A DNA stretch of 64,000 nucleotides. Origin: Terriglobia bacterium. Its GTDB lineage: Bacteria; Acidobacteriota; Terriglobia; 2-12-FULL-54-10. A program made the translations under genes and the position numbers. The stretch is from assembly GCA_963666975.2 (NCBI GenBank), contig CAXVYR010000004.1:1536001-1600000 (forward strand), written 5' to 3'. Shown here piece by piece: positions 29,779 through 40,049 of this stretch (its first letter is position 1; the number at the start of each line of letters is the position of its first letter). The notes beneath the pieces were generated by a model, which did not search any database, was not told where the DNA came from, and was given only the letters and a program-made list of their open reading frames with translations.

Positions 29779-30330
29779 CTAAAAAACCTGCTTGGACTCT
29801 ACAGGAACGCCGCCGGGATACTTGTTCACGGGGTCGCTGTTGCGCGGAGTTTCCGACTTCTTGAGCTGGGCGGGCTTGGCTGCCGTCTCCCCGCCTTTCT
29901 GAATGTCGATGCTGCCTTTGAAGTAAGCGCCGTCCTCAATGACAACCCGTGCTGCCACCAAATCTCCCCGCAACGAGCCGGATTTTTTGATTTCCACGCG
30001 GTCGGCGGCGAGAATGTCGCCCTTCACGGAGCCGAGGATGATCACTTCCTTGGCATTTACGTTGGCATGGACTTGTCCATTGGGCCCGACCGAAAGGTTA
30101 TGCTCCCGCAGCTCGATGGTCCCTTCGACCTGTCCGTCAATGAACAGGTCTTCGCTGCCGGAAAGCTCTCCCTTAATCAGGACCGATTTGCCTATATGCG
30201 CCATAATGCTTTTGGCAGTCTCATGCCCCATCTCCACTTTTTTTTCCTGAGGCAGGGTTGACACGCTCGTGACCTCCTTGTTCGGATTGACGACCGGATT
30301 GACACTCGACTCTTCCTTGCGCTTCCACAT
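29779..30330 (-). CDS. Bactofilin (polymer-forming cytoskeletal protein)
   Basis: IGKSVLIKGELSGSEDLFIDGQVEGTI...IEDGAYFKGSIDI. Confidence 0.92.
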   Translation of the reverse strand: MWKRKEESSVNPVVNPNKEVTSVSTLPQEKKVEMGHETAKSIMAHIGKSVLIKGELSGSEDLFIDGQVEGTIELREHNLSVGPNGQVHANVNAKEVIILGSVKGDILAADRVEIKKSGSLRGDLVAARVVIEDGAYFKGSIDIQKGGETAAKPAQLKKSETPRNSDPVNKYPGGVPVESKQVF

Positions 30331-30799
30331 GATCCATGCTCCTCGGGGGCCGGTTACCCCGTCTGAACTTGCTCTCTGCCCGGCCTTTCCATCTTCGCTC
30401 CAAGCCAGACGGCTGTCAGAAGAATAACGGAGAACGTTTCTGACTCGGTTCCAACCGCAGCTAGAACAAAGCCTTCAGACGTTACTATAGTACAGCGCCA
30501 TTGCCGTGTAAATTAAATCCGGCGACACGTACAGCCTTTTTCTGGAAAAGGTTTCCTCCGAGGCACTAGCGCTATTGGGGCACGCGCAAACGGACGGATT
30601 CGGTTCTGCTCTGGAAGCGGAGGGAAACCGCGCCCGGATCTGGAAACGGACCCACTACCCGTTGCGGGGAAGCACTTGTGGGGCCTTGGGGAAGGATGAT
30701 AAACTCATCCTGCCTGACGGACAGGCCGGAAGCTGACCGCAGTTCCTCCCGTTTTTCCGCGAACCGATGGAGCGGAGCCCCGAGCTTGGATGGATTACG

Positions 30800-31660
30800 A
30801 TGAAACTGCGCTTTTGGGGAGTACGCGGTTCCACTCCCACCCCCGGACGAGAGTATCTAAAGTACGGCGGGAACACCTCCTGCCTTGAGCTCCGGGCAAA
30901 CGGCAATATGATTTTGCTCGATGGCGGTTCCGGGCTCCGGGAATTGGGGAAGTCCTGGGTGCGGGAATTTTCCGGTAAGCCCTTGCAGGCCTTCATCTTC
31001 CTGACCCACTATCACTGGGACCACATCCAGGGCATCCCTTTCTTTGAACCACTCTACGATCCGGAGAATCGATTCCATTTCCACTGTTTCTCCACCGGAG
31101 GCGCAACCGTGCGCGAGGCCCTGGAGGGGCAGATGACCAATCCGTACTTCCCGGTCGACATGAATCAGATGAGGGCGCACCGTTCCTTCCGGAGGCTGGG
31201 CGAGGAGTCGCTCGAATTTCATGGCGTCCGCGTTACCGCCAAGCATCTGTTCCACCCGCAGGGATGCTTGGGATACCGCGTGGAGGCCAATTCCGAGGTG
31301 ATTGTATACGCCACCGACAATGAAGCGGGAGACCGTGCGGGTGACCGAAATATCCGGGAACTGGCTCAGGGCGCCGATGTGCTGATATATGACGCCCAGT
31401 ACACCCCCGAACAATACGACTCCCACCGCAAAGGTTGGGGGCATAGCACATGGCGCCATGGCGCCCAGATTGCCAAAGAATGCGGCGTGAAAGAGTTGAT
31501 TCTGTTCCACCATGACCCGGACCACAACGACAGTTTCCTGGATCAGGTGTTGCCGGAGGCTCAGGCGGCCTTTCCCTCCACGCGCATCTCCGCCGAGGGG
31601 ATGGAAATAGAAGTCTCCGCCGCCGACACGGAACGCATCCGGTACACGGTGAACAAGTAA
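30800..31660 (+). CDS. MBL-fold metallo-hydrolase
   Basis: MKLRFWGVRGS, YGGNTSC, THYHWDHIQG, GWGHS and FHHDP motifs. Confidence 0.9.
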   Translation: MKLRFWGVRGSTPTPGREYLKYGGNTSCLELRANGNMILLDGGSGLRELGKSWVREFSGKPLQAFIFLTHYHWDHIQGIPFFEPLYDPENRFHFHCFSTGGATVREALEGQMTNPYFPVDMNQMRAHRSFRRLGEESLEFHGVRVTAKHLFHPQGCLGYRVEANSEVIVYATDNEAGDRAGDRNIRELAQGADVLIYDAQYTPEQYDSHRKGWGHSTWRHGAQIAKECGVKELILFHHDPDHNDSFLDQVLPEAQAAFPSTRISAEGMEIEVSAADTERIRYTVNK

Positions 31661-31698
31661 CCGCCCGGGAATGGGTACGGAATCGCGTCACTGTTGAA

Positions 31699-31950
31699 CC
31701 TTCCGGTTGAGCATCCCGGTTGCGCCTTCCGGTTGAGCATCCCGGCGCGAATCCTCAACAAGAGAAAAGAGAGTTTCTTCCTGCTCCTTGCTACCCAATT
31801 ACAAGCTACCCAATTCCACGCTTCCCAATTCCATCCGTGGCATGGAGTAAAGCGGAAAGCTTGTTTTTAAGGCGACAAGACCTCCAGTTCGCAGTGGAAC
31901 TTTCTAATGAACCTGCCAATGAAACTGCCAATGGAACCTTCCTATGAACC
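31699..31950. repeat. Three arrays of short tandem repeats
   Basis: CCTTCCGGTTGAGCATCCCGG x2 (26-nt period); GCTACCCAATT-like x3 (15-nt period); GAAxCTGCCAAT-like x4 (~12-nt period). Confidence 0.65.
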
Positions 31951-32042
31951 ATCGGGTGAAAAAGGATTGAAATTTTCTCCTGTTGGCAGTATATGCAACA
32001 GATATAATGCGATAACTTGGGTGGAAAGTTCCTGCTGAGAAT

Positions 32043-33080
32043 ATGACACGGTTAAAAGCCTTCCGACAAAAGAAAGCCTGGGTCCATCGCCGGCTCCGGG
32101 AATGGCGGATGATCGCCAAAGGTTTGCTGAGCAAGCGGCACCCGGTCCTGGCCCACGTTATTCCCATCCGCCGTTGCAACCTGGCCTGCACCTACTGCAA
32201 CGAGTATGACGACTTCTCCCCCCCGGTCCCGTTGGCGGATGTATTCAAAAGAATTGACCGGCTGGCGTCGTTCGGCACCACCATCATCACCATCAGCGGC
32301 GGCGAGCCCATGCTCCACCCGGAGCTGGACCAGATCATCGGCCGCGTGCGCCACCACGGCATCATGGCCGGGCTCATCACCAACGGCTACTTGCTGACCG
32401 CCGAGCGCATCGAGCGGCTCAACCGGGCGGGGCTGGAGCACCTGCAGATCAGCATCGACAATATCCAGCCCGATGATGTTTCCAAAAAAAGCCTGAAGGT
32501 GCTCGATAAGAAGCTCCAACTGCTGGCCGAGTATGCTGAGTTCGGCGTGAACATCAACTCGGTGATCGGCGGCGGCATCCATAATCCGGAAGACGCGATA
32601 GTGGTCGCCCGCCGGGCCGTGGGGCTGGGCTTGACCAGCACGCTCGGCGTCATCCACGACGCCGGGGGCCAGATGCGCCCCTTGAGCGAGGCGGAGCAGC
32701 GGGTCTATCGCACGATCAAGGACATGGGCCGGAAGGTCTACGCGCGCTTTGACAAGTTTCAGGAAGACATCGCCTACGGACGGGCGCACAACTGGCGCTG
32801 CCGCGCCGGTGGCCGTTACCTCTACATCTGCGAAGACGGCCTGGTGCACTACTGCTCGCAGCAGCGCGGCTATCCCGCCGTGCCGCTGGAGAAATACACG
32901 CGGGAGGACCTGTGGCGGGAGTATCACACGCGCAAATCCTGCGCGCCCCATTGCACCGTCTCCTGCGTGCAGGCGGTGGCGATGATCGACAACTGGCGCT
33001 CCCCGCAAACCTTGGAAGCACCCTTCCAGCAACCCGAACCGCTGGTGCAACTGCAAGGCCCGCTGCAGGACGGGGGGTAG
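32043..33080 (+). CDS. Radical SAM protein
   Basis: [17 protein letters not shown] and C-terminal Cys motifs ([17 protein letters not shown]). Confidence 0.9.
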   Translation: MTRLKAFRQKKAWVHRRLREWRMIAKGLLSKRHPVLAHVIPIRRCNLACTYCNEYDDFSPPVPLADVFKRIDRLASFGTTIITISGGEPMLHPELDQIIGRVRHHGIMAGLITNGYLLTAERIERLNRAGLEHLQISIDNIQPDDVSKKSLKVLDKKLQLLAEYAEFGVNINSVIGGGIHNPEDAIVVARRAVGLGLTSTLGVIHDAGGQMRPLSEAEQRVYRTIKDMGRKVYARFDKFQEDIAYGRAHNWRCRAGGRYLYICEDGLVHYCSQQRGYPAVPLEKYTREDLWREYHTRKSCAPHCTVSCVQAVAMIDNWRSPQTLEAPFQQPEPLVQLQGPLQDGG

Positions 33081-33091
33081 GGGTCTGTATT

Positions 33092-33158
33092 CGAGCCGCG
33101 CGCGTAAGCAAGCGGACACTAAACGATAGCTCATAAAACCAAGTGTCGGGTCCGCTCC
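33092..33158 (+). repeat. 67-bp direct repeat, left copy
   Basis: Matches 34985-35051 with 2 mismatches. Confidence 0.9.
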
Positions 33159-33360
33159 CTCGCGGCCCGCCGCCCGATGCGCTGGCCGACTCGCCGGTAG
33201 TAAGTCATTTCCCGAAAACTAACGTTATCCGGTCTAGCGGCGCTCCGCTGCTCAGAAAGTGGCAAGATTTCGGTTATATGCGGCCTTATAATGAGAACTT
33301 ATCCACACCGCAATCGTGGTATGTCTGGTCTTTGTCTGCCCGCCACGGCGGTTGAGGCGG

Positions 33361-33383
33361 GTCGGCCTAAACAAGAGTTAGAG
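33361..33383 (+). other. attI-like integron recombination site
   Basis: GTCGGCCTAAACAAGAGTTAGAG compared with the recalled attI1 core GTCGCCCTAAAACAAAGTTRRRY; an ATG begins 14 nt after the start of the GTT. Confidence 0.5.
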
Positions 33384-33390
33384 CTACAAA

Positions 33391-33912
33391 ATGGCTTCGA
33401 CGAATCGCGTCTCAAACGAAAAAAAGAACTTGAACCGCTTGGCCGGTGAGTTTTTAGTGGCGTCTCGCCTCACGCAGCGTGGCTACATGGTTACTTTGCA
33501 GTGGGGTAACACGATCAGCTATGACATTCTGGCTTTTGACAAGCAAGGCAAGATTGCTTTCATTGAGGTGAAGTCAACGGCTTCCTATCCTCGCCGATGG
33601 ATGCTTCAAAGCAAGTACGCTAACCCTCGTGCAGATACCATACCCCTGAAAAGGCGCTTCGTCTGCTGTGTTGACATCTCAAGCGAGGAGCACGAGCCGT
33701 CGGTTTACGTTTTCCCTGCCTCGGCCGTAGCTAAAGGCTTGCACTATTACTTCCACAGCAAGTTTCCAGACAGCGCCAGTTATCACCTTTCGCTGGACTT
33801 CAAACCGCAGGGCAAATCCAAGCAAGAGGTACAGACGGTCGGCCAGTTTATCGAAGCGGAAAGATACCTCGAAAAATTCAACATTCTGGGGCTTGCCCCC
33901 GTCAGGGAGTAG
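33391..33912 (+). CDS. PD-(D/E)XK nuclease-family protein
   Basis: AGEFLVASRLTQRGY...YDILA...FIEVKST. Confidence 0.75.
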   Translation: MASTNRVSNEKKNLNRLAGEFLVASRLTQRGYMVTLQWGNTISYDILAFDKQGKIAFIEVKSTASYPRRWMLQSKYANPRADTIPLKRRFVCCVDISSEEHEPSVYVFPASAVAKGLHYYFHSKFPDSASYHLSLDFKPQGKSKQEVQTVGQFIEAERYLEKFNILGLAPVRE

Positions 33913-34046
33913 AGTTAGGCGACACGAAGGGAAACACGGTGAGCAAAGGTGGAGTGACCTGACCGGGGATTTTTGTACCATCGATAGAGGCGAAGGTGTT
34001 CGAGCGTATTCATTAAGTGCAGCCGCAGCCACGGGAGGAATGGAAC

Positions 34047-34757
34047 GTGAGAAAGACACCGCAATTGGTCAGCCAGTTCCTAGAAACAATCAGTGGGAAG
34101 ATCCTAGAAAACTACCAGGCGATCATTAGGCGCTACGGGCACCGGCGGCAGGGAGTGTACGCTCTATATCGTGGTGATCGTCTCTATTACGTGGGCCTGG
34201 CGAGCAATCTGAATGCGCGGATCAAACAACACTTGAGAGATCGGCACAAGGGAAAGTGGGACAAATTCAGCGTGTACCTCACCATCGGGGATCGCCACCT
34301 GAAGGAGTTGGAATCACTGGTACTTCGCATCGCCCAGCCCAAAGGAAACAAAGTGGCGGGCAAATTCGCCAAAGCGGAAAATCTTCGCCGTAAGTTGAAA
34401 CGGGATATTAGGGCAAGCCAGCAGGTGGAGTTGAACGTGTTGGTGGGTCGCAGGGTGAGGAAGCGAGTCATAAAGAGGGTCCTGCGCAAGTCCAAGAGGA
34501 AACCGGGTCCAACGAGAAAGTCGCCAGTATTGGCAGATTACTTTTCCCAGCGGGTCAAATTACGTGCACAATGGAAAGGCAAAACCTTCCGCGCAACAGT
34601 GCGAAAGGATGGTTCTATTAGGTTCCAGGGAAATGTTTTCCGGTCGCCTTCTAATGCCGCTCGTGCGGCAATTGGCTATGCGGTCAATGGCTGGCGATTT
34701 TGGACCTATGAACAGGCCCCTGGCGACTGGGTTTTTCTCAACACTCGGAAGAAATAA
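34047..34757 (+). CDS. GIY-YIG nuclease fused to a RAMA (DUF4357-like) domain
   Basis: GVYALY...YYVGLASNLNARIKQH...ELE at the N-terminus; ATVRKDGSIRFQGNVFRSPSNAA...NGWRFW at the C-terminus. Confidence 0.78.
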   Translation: MRKTPQLVSQFLETISGKILENYQAIIRRYGHRRQGVYALYRGDRLYYVGLASNLNARIKQHLRDRHKGKWDKFSVYLTIGDRHLKELESLVLRIAQPKGNKVAGKFAKAENLRRKLKRDIRASQQVELNVLVGRRVRKRVIKRVLRKSKRKPGPTRKSPVLADYFSQRVKLRAQWKGKTFRATVRKDGSIRFQGNVFRSPSNAARAAIGYAVNGWRFWTYEQAPGDWVFLNTRKK

Positions 34758-34862
34758 ACCATCACTTAACAGTATTCAATTTGCTGAATAACCCACTCCT
34801 GAGTCTCTAGGAATTTCTCCAGTGACTTCTGCTCCGTGAGAACAAAGAGATCAAAAGCTGGG

Positions 34863-34961
34863 CGGCGGGAAATCGCAGGCACTGACGAAGAGATTGACGA
34901 GTTGGTCTATCGTCTCTACGGCATCACCGAGGAAGAGCGGAAAATCATTGAGGGGGCGTAG
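34863..34961 (+). pseudogene. C-terminal remnant of a type IIG (Eco57I/TaqI-like) restriction-modification enzyme
   Basis: REIAGTDEEIDELVYRLYGITEEERKIIEGA* matches the IDxLVYxLYGLTxEE tail. Confidence 0.65.
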
Positions 34962-34984
34962 CGCCAGCGTCTAGCGGATTTTCC

Positions 34985-35051
34985 CGAGCCGCGCGCGTTA
35001 GCAAGCGGACACTAAACGATAGCTCATGAAACCAAGTGTCGGGTCCGCTCC
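34985..35051 (+). repeat. 67-bp direct repeat, right copy (part of a REP-like hairpin extending to ~35067)
   Basis: See 33092; another REP half-copy at ~35138-35164. Confidence 0.9.
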
Positions 35052-35211
35052 ATTACTGTCGCGGCTCTGATTCAAGCCCCTTCTGACTTCGGACTCCTGT
35101 CCCCACTCATCACTTGTCACTTATCACTGTTTTTTTGTCCGCTCCCTCACGGTCGTGGCTCGGAAACGCGCACGGCTCGGATTGGGGGCTACCGGCAAAG
35201 TAGCGGTACGA

Positions 35212-36231
35212 TCAATACCCCTTTCCCTTGTCCACCGGGTTGAGGAACGGTTGGCCAGCCAAATACCGGCGCAAGTTCTCCGCCAGCAGATCGCTTGAGC
35301 GCTTCCAGAAGCGTTCCGTGGCGCTGCCCAGGTGAGCCGTAATCAGGACGTTCGGCAGCTTCCACAGAGGATGTTCCGGCGGCAGCGGCTCCGGGTCGGT
35401 CACATCAAGTGCCGCACCTGCGATCTGGCCCGATTCCAGCGCCCGCATCAGGGCGTCTGTATCAACCAATGTCCCTCGGGCGATGTTGATGAGGTATGCC
35501 GACAGCTTCATCGCTTGAAACGCGGCTTCTCCCATCAGTCCGATATTCTCCGGCGTGTCGGGAGCGGCCAGCACCAGGAAGTCCGTCTCCGCCAGCAGCA
35601 CGTGCAGTTGCGGCGGAGCGTACACACGGTCGGCCAGCTCGCCTCCGCGCGTCGGGTCGCGCTTGAGGGCGGCCACGCGCATCCCCAAAGCCTTCGCCCG
35701 CGCCGCGACTTCCCGGCCTATCGCTCCCAGGCCGACCAGCCCCAGCGTCTTCCCGTTGATCTCGGTGAGGCAGTGTTCCGCTTCCCAGCCCTCTCCTTGT
35801 TCCCAGCGCCGCTCGGATTGATGGCGGAAAGAGGCGAGCAGCTTCCGGGACAGGGCAAACAGCAGCGCGATGGTGTGTTCGGCCACGGGGACGGCGTGGA
35901 CGGAGGTAGAATTGGTCACCGTCACAGCGCTTTCGGCCAGCCCTGGCACCAAGATTGTAGTGACACCGGCGGCGGGGGAGTGAATCCACTTCAGTTTCCG
36001 GCAGCGCTCAAACTGCTCCGGCCGCAATGTCCAGGAGACCAGGATTTCGCAGTCCTCAATTTCTCGCGCAACCGTCTCCGGGTCCCGTGCGATAACCACT
36101 TCCAGTTCCGGGAACTGGTTGCGGACGGCCTGCTCTACCCAGTCGGGCACCCATAAATACTGGAGCCTGGAGGTGGAGGGCCAGAGGAGCTTTATTTTTG
36201 GGTTTGGGGGTTTGGGGCTTTTAGGTTTCAT
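35212..36231 (-). CDS. D-2-hydroxyacid dehydrogenase
   Basis: VGLGAIG, INIARG, LDVTDPEPL and ITAHLG motifs. Confidence 0.92.
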   Translation of the reverse strand: MKPKSPKPPNPKIKLLWPSTSRLQYLWVPDWVEQAVRNQFPELEVVIARDPETVAREIEDCEILVSWTLRPEQFERCRKLKWIHSPAAGVTTILVPGLAESAVTVTNSTSVHAVPVAEHTIALLFALSRKLLASFRHQSERRWEQGEGWEAEHCLTEINGKTLGLVGLGAIGREVAARAKALGMRVAALKRDPTRGGELADRVYAPPQLHVLLAETDFLVLAAPDTPENIGLMGEAAFQAMKLSAYLINIARGTLVDTDALMRALESGQIAGAALDVTDPEPLPPEHPLWKLPNVLITAHLGSATERFWKRSSDLLAENLRRYLAGQPFLNPVDKGKGY

Positions 36232-36608
36232 TCTGAGGAGGGAAGCGGCTGGATTTTGATTATGATCCGGGGAGCAATGCTGTCCGGGCGAATCGTCCCG
36301 GCGGCGGACGCCTCCAGCAGCGGTTTCAGCGCCGCGAGCAATGCGGCGACATCCACCGCGTCCCGTTCCGGGGCAAACGCCGATAGCTTCTCCATCCCGG
36401 CCGTCAGCAGGCGACCGGCTCCGACGAGGTTCTCCCGGCGGAGATGATAGAAGGCCACGGCGATCTGGATCAGCCCTTGCAGGAATGTTCTTTGTTCGCC
36501 GGAGGCACCCAGCCACGCTTCCTCCAGCATCTCATGGCACTCGAAGAACCGTTCCCGGTTGAAAAGGTCGATCCCCTCCCGCAGGTGGTCTTTCGAGTGT
36601 GATGTCAC
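36228..36608 (-). CDS. DUF309 domain protein
   Basis: GIDLFNRERFFECHEMLEEAW...QGLIQIAVAFYH. Confidence 0.9.
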   Translation of the reverse strand: MTSHSKDHLREGIDLFNRERFFECHEMLEEAWLGASGEQRTFLQGLIQIAVAFYHLRRENLVGAGRLLTAGMEKLSAFAPERDAVDVAALLAALKPLLEASAAGTIRPDSIAPRIIIKIQPLPSSE

Positions 36609-36680
36609 CGGTGAAGCTCCCGCTGGCGGAGAAAGTCATCCCGACAGGCAAGCTGAGGAAGCAAGCTGCCCCGGGCGTGC

Positions 36681-37347
36681 TTACACCGGGACCTGAATAT
36701 TTTTATGAATGACGTACAGGGCCAGCTCCAGGCGGTCCGAGACACCCAGCTTGTCGAAGATGTTATGCAGATGGTTCTTTACGGTCTGCTCGCTGATGAA
36801 CATCCTTTGGGCGATTTCCTTGTTTTTGAAGCCCTGGGAGGTCAGCCCGACTACCTGCCTCTCGCGGGCGCTCAGCGGGGAGGAGTCGCGCTCCTTGCGG
36901 TTGGAGACGCCCGGCCCCGGAGAATTCCTTCATGACCGCCCCCGTCATGTGCGTATCCAGCCAGATTTCGCCGGCCTCCACCTTGCGGATGCATTTGATC
37001 AGCAACTCGACCGGGGCTTGCTTCAACACAATGCCGGCAGTGCCCAGCTTCATGGCCAGAACAAAGTCTTCTTCTTTCTCCGTGGAGGTCAGGAGAATGA
37101 CACGGGGCTTCTTCCGCTTCGGCTGCAGTTGCTCCAGCACCTCCAGCCCGCTCAGCTCCGGCAGCAGCAGGTCCTGAATGAGCATCTCCGGGTTCAGCGC
37201 GTCCACCATCTTCATGACTTCCTTGCCGTTGTCTGCCTCGCCAATGACGGAGATATCCGGCTCTTGCGAGAGCAGCCGTTTCAGGCCGGCTCGGAAGATT
37301 GGCTGGGCGTCGCCAATCAGGACGCGGATTTTCTTACCCTTAGCCAT
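36681..37347 (-). pseudogene. NarL/LuxR response regulator with a +1 frameshift between the receiver and the HTH
   Basis: Receiver domain to KEFS, then LSARERQVV...NKEIAQRMFISEQTVKNHLHNIFDKLGV in another frame; length 667 nt = 3n+1. Confidence 0.82.
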
Positions 37348-37536
37348 ATTCGGAGTGCGTTGGAGCCTAGACAGGGCCTTGGCTTCTATCGATCGCCGGG
37401 CCGACTCAGTAGGCATAGGAATTCTAAGAAGATTCGGTCAGGCTGTCAACCGTCCCGGTCAGCTTGCAGGGCGAAATGGGGCCAATGCCATTTTTTGTTT
37501 GACACTCCGCCCGTTTTCAGGGGTAATGTCGGGACC

Positions 37537-38004
37537 ATGAATCCGGCACATCTGCATCTGCTGCTGAACCATATCCCGCTGCCCGGAATTTTGCTCGGCT
37601 TGGCGCTGCTGTTGGTGGCTCTGTCGAGAAACAACGATGAGCTAAAAAAACTGAGTTGCTGTGTCTTCCTCCTGATTGCGCTGCTTGCAGTCCCGGTGTA
37701 TTTAACCGGCGAAGGCGCCGAGGAGATTGTGGAGCATCTTCCCGGCGTAGAGCACGAGTTGATTGAAGAGCATGAAGAGTCAGCTTTGGTATCGCTGGTC
37801 GCCATAGAGGTTCTGGGCCTTCTTTCGCTGGCTGGGCTTATCCGCTTTCGGGGTCCCGGCGAGCTTCCGCATTGGTTTGTCACGACCTGTTTGCTCCTGT
37901 CCATTGTTGTGGCGGGAATGGTGGCATGGACCTCAAACCTGGGCGGACGGATACGCCACTCCGAGACTAGACCAGGGTTCCAGTCTTCTTCTACTGCTGA
38001 ATAA
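37537..38004 (+). CDS. His-rich membrane protein (DUF2231-like)
   Basis: MNPAHLHLLLNHIP, TGEGAEE, IEEHEE and GGRIRHSE; four TM segments. Confidence 0.7.
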   Translation: MNPAHLHLLLNHIPLPGILLGLALLLVALSRNNDELKKLSCCVFLLIALLAVPVYLTGEGAEEIVEHLPGVEHELIEEHEESALVSLVAIEVLGLLSLAGLIRFRGPGELPHWFVTTCLLLSIVVAGMVAWTSNLGGRIRHSETRPGFQSSSTAE

Positions 38005-38465
38005 GAGTCCCTGTATGCAGGGAATTGATAATAGTCAGGGAATGTCTGCTGCGGTGCTATGTACTTGGCAATGCGTTGGCTTGACGAGCCTTGTGGAAAT
38101 TGCTGTGGAAAACCTGCCAAGGTGCTTCGGATGTTCTCTTTGGCCTTGCCACTGGATTTCGCGGTATCAGGGATGCTCGGCCCTGCCTAATTAATTGAAA
38201 TAATAATACTTACATTTTTTTAGCAGGCCGCGCAGGGTCTGTTTTACTGCCAGAGCCAGGTCGCCTTGGCTGCGCGCCGCAAAATCCGGTTTTGCACAAA
38301 TGTACAGCAGGAAAAGCATTAGAAGTCCCTGTTTTCAAGCCTTGCGATGGCATTCAAGTTTTTTGAATGGAAAGATTGAAAAGGTGCGGAAAGGAAGCAA
38401 ATGAAAGACTATGAAGGGGTTCGGAGCAGCTTGCCGGATGCACTGCGGCGGAAGCGATACGTTTT

Positions 38466-39749
38466 TTATTGGGGATGAGGACCATCAGGTTCCGCCAGAT
38501 GCTTTTGCAGCCGTGTCGCCAGCGATTGCGGCACTTCGGCATCCACGTCAATGAACCCGTCCGCGTAGTCGCGGTGCAGCACGCGCCCCAGCCCATAGAC
38601 CCAGGAAAGCTGTTTTCCCTCCATCTGCGTAAAACGCAACCGCACTTTCACGACGGGGTCCAATTGTAGAAGGCGGTCGATTGCGCCGAGCAGGCCTTCC
38701 ATCCCTTCGCCGGTCTTAGCCGAAATGAATACTTCGCCGGCGTTTCCGCGCAACGCTTCCCGCTCCTCCGGGCCGAGCATGTCAATTTTGTTCTGGACGC
38801 GCAGGCAGGGTTTGTCCAGAGCTTCCAGTTCGTCCAGCACCTTCTCGACCTCCTCCTCTTGTTGCGCGAGGCCGGGAGCCGAACAATCCAATACCCTGAT
38901 AATCATTTCCGCTTCCCGCACCTCCTCCAGCGTGGCACGGAAGGCTTTGATGAGGCTATGGGGCAGGTTGCGGATAAACCCAACCGTATCGGAAACCAGC
39001 ACGCGTCTGCGGGAGGGCAACTCCAGCAGGCGTAGCGTGGGGTCCAGCGTGGCGAACATCTTGGAGGAGGTCAGCACGCTGGCCTGAGTGAGGCGGTTGA
39101 ACAGGGTGGATTTGCCCGCGTTGGTGTAGCCCACCAGCGAGAGGGTGGCGATGGGTACGGTGGCCCGGCGGGAGCGGCGGCGCATACGCTGCACACGCAC
39201 CGTCTCCAGGGTTTTCTCCAGGATTTGGATGCGGCGGCGGATGCGGCGGCGGTCCATCTCCAGTTGCGTTTCCCCTGGTCCCCGCGTCCCGATGCCGCCT
39301 CCCAGGCGGGACATCGCTACGCCCCGTCCCGCCAGCCGGGGGAGCATATAGCTCAGTTGTGCCAGCTCCACTTGCAACTGGCCTTCCCGCGTGCGGGCGT
39401 GCCGCGCAAAGATATCCAGGATCAGTTGCGTCCGGTCCACCACCCGGCAGCCGGCCACGGCCTCGATGTTGCGCTGCTGGGTGGGAGTCAGCTCACGATC
39501 GAATATGAGCAGGTCAATGTTCCCGCCCTGTGCCTGCTGCCGAATTTCCTCCAGCTTGCCCCGGCCCACGAGCGTGGCGGAATCCAGACGCTCCCGGGTT
39601 TGCAGGATTTTTTCTGCAACGAAGGCGCCGGCGCTTTGCGTCAGCTCGGAAAGCTCTTCCAGAGAGTCTTCCGGGTCCGGCCTGGGGGCAGAGGAGCGTC
39701 CTTTGTGGGATTTCTCTTTCACCCCCACCAATATGGCTCGTTCCCGCAA
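38466..39749 (-). CDS. hflX: GTPase HflX
   Basis: LDIFARHA, GTRGPGETQLE, GYTNAGKST, DTVGF and NKID motifs. Confidence 0.96.
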   Translation of the reverse strand: MRERAILVGVKEKSHKGRSSAPRPDPEDSLEELSELTQSAGAFVAEKILQTRERLDSATLVGRGKLEEIRQQAQGGNIDLLIFDRELTPTQQRNIEAVAGCRVVDRTQLILDIFARHARTREGQLQVELAQLSYMLPRLAGRGVAMSRLGGGIGTRGPGETQLEMDRRRIRRRIQILEKTLETVRVQRMRRRSRRATVPIATLSLVGYTNAGKSTLFNRLTQASVLTSSKMFATLDPTLRLLELPSRRRVLVSDTVGFIRNLPHSLIKAFRATLEEVREAEMIIRVLDCSAPGLAQQEEEVEKVLDELEALDKPCLRVQNKIDMLGPEEREALRGNAGEVFISAKTGEGMEGLLGAIDRLLQLDPVVKVRLRFTQMEGKQLSWVYGLGRVLHRDYADGFIDVDAEVPQSLATRLQKHLAEPDGPHPQ

Positions 39750-39767
39750 AGCTGCCGTGAGAATGTT

Positions 39768-40049
39768 TTATGCCTCCGGCGCTTTAGATGATTGGGAAGA
39801 AGGCTGGGTGGAGCGAGATACGACCACCGTGGAGATGGCGTGCTTGAAGATCAATTGTTCCTGGTGATTGATTTCCAGCACCAGCGCGAATTTGTCGAAA
39901 CTTTTGATTTTGCCCGACAGTTTCACCCCGCCCATCAGGAAGATGGTCACCGAGGTTTTTTCTTTCCTCGCCTGATTCAGAAACGAGTCTTGAATGTTCT
40001 GCGGGGATTTCTCCGCCGGTGGGGAGTCTTTTGGATTCGGGTCGGGCAT
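39768..40049 (-). CDS. hfq: RNA chaperone Hfq
   Basis: [20 protein letters not shown] and FKHAISTV; hfq-hflX synteny. Confidence 0.96.
   Translation of the reverse strand: MPDPNPKDSPPAEKSPQNIQDSFLNQARKEKTSVTIFLMGGVKLSGKIKSFDKFALVLEINHQEQLIFKHAISTVVVSRSTQPSSQSSKAPEA

Noticed and set aside
31699-31950. Possible CRISPR array
   Set aside because: Repeats are tandem with no unique 30-40 bp spacers, and there are no cas genes.
33299-33307. Perfect DnaA box TTATCCACA (and a weaker one near 38105) as oriC
   Set aside because: Isolated boxes with no cluster and no dnaA/dnaN context.
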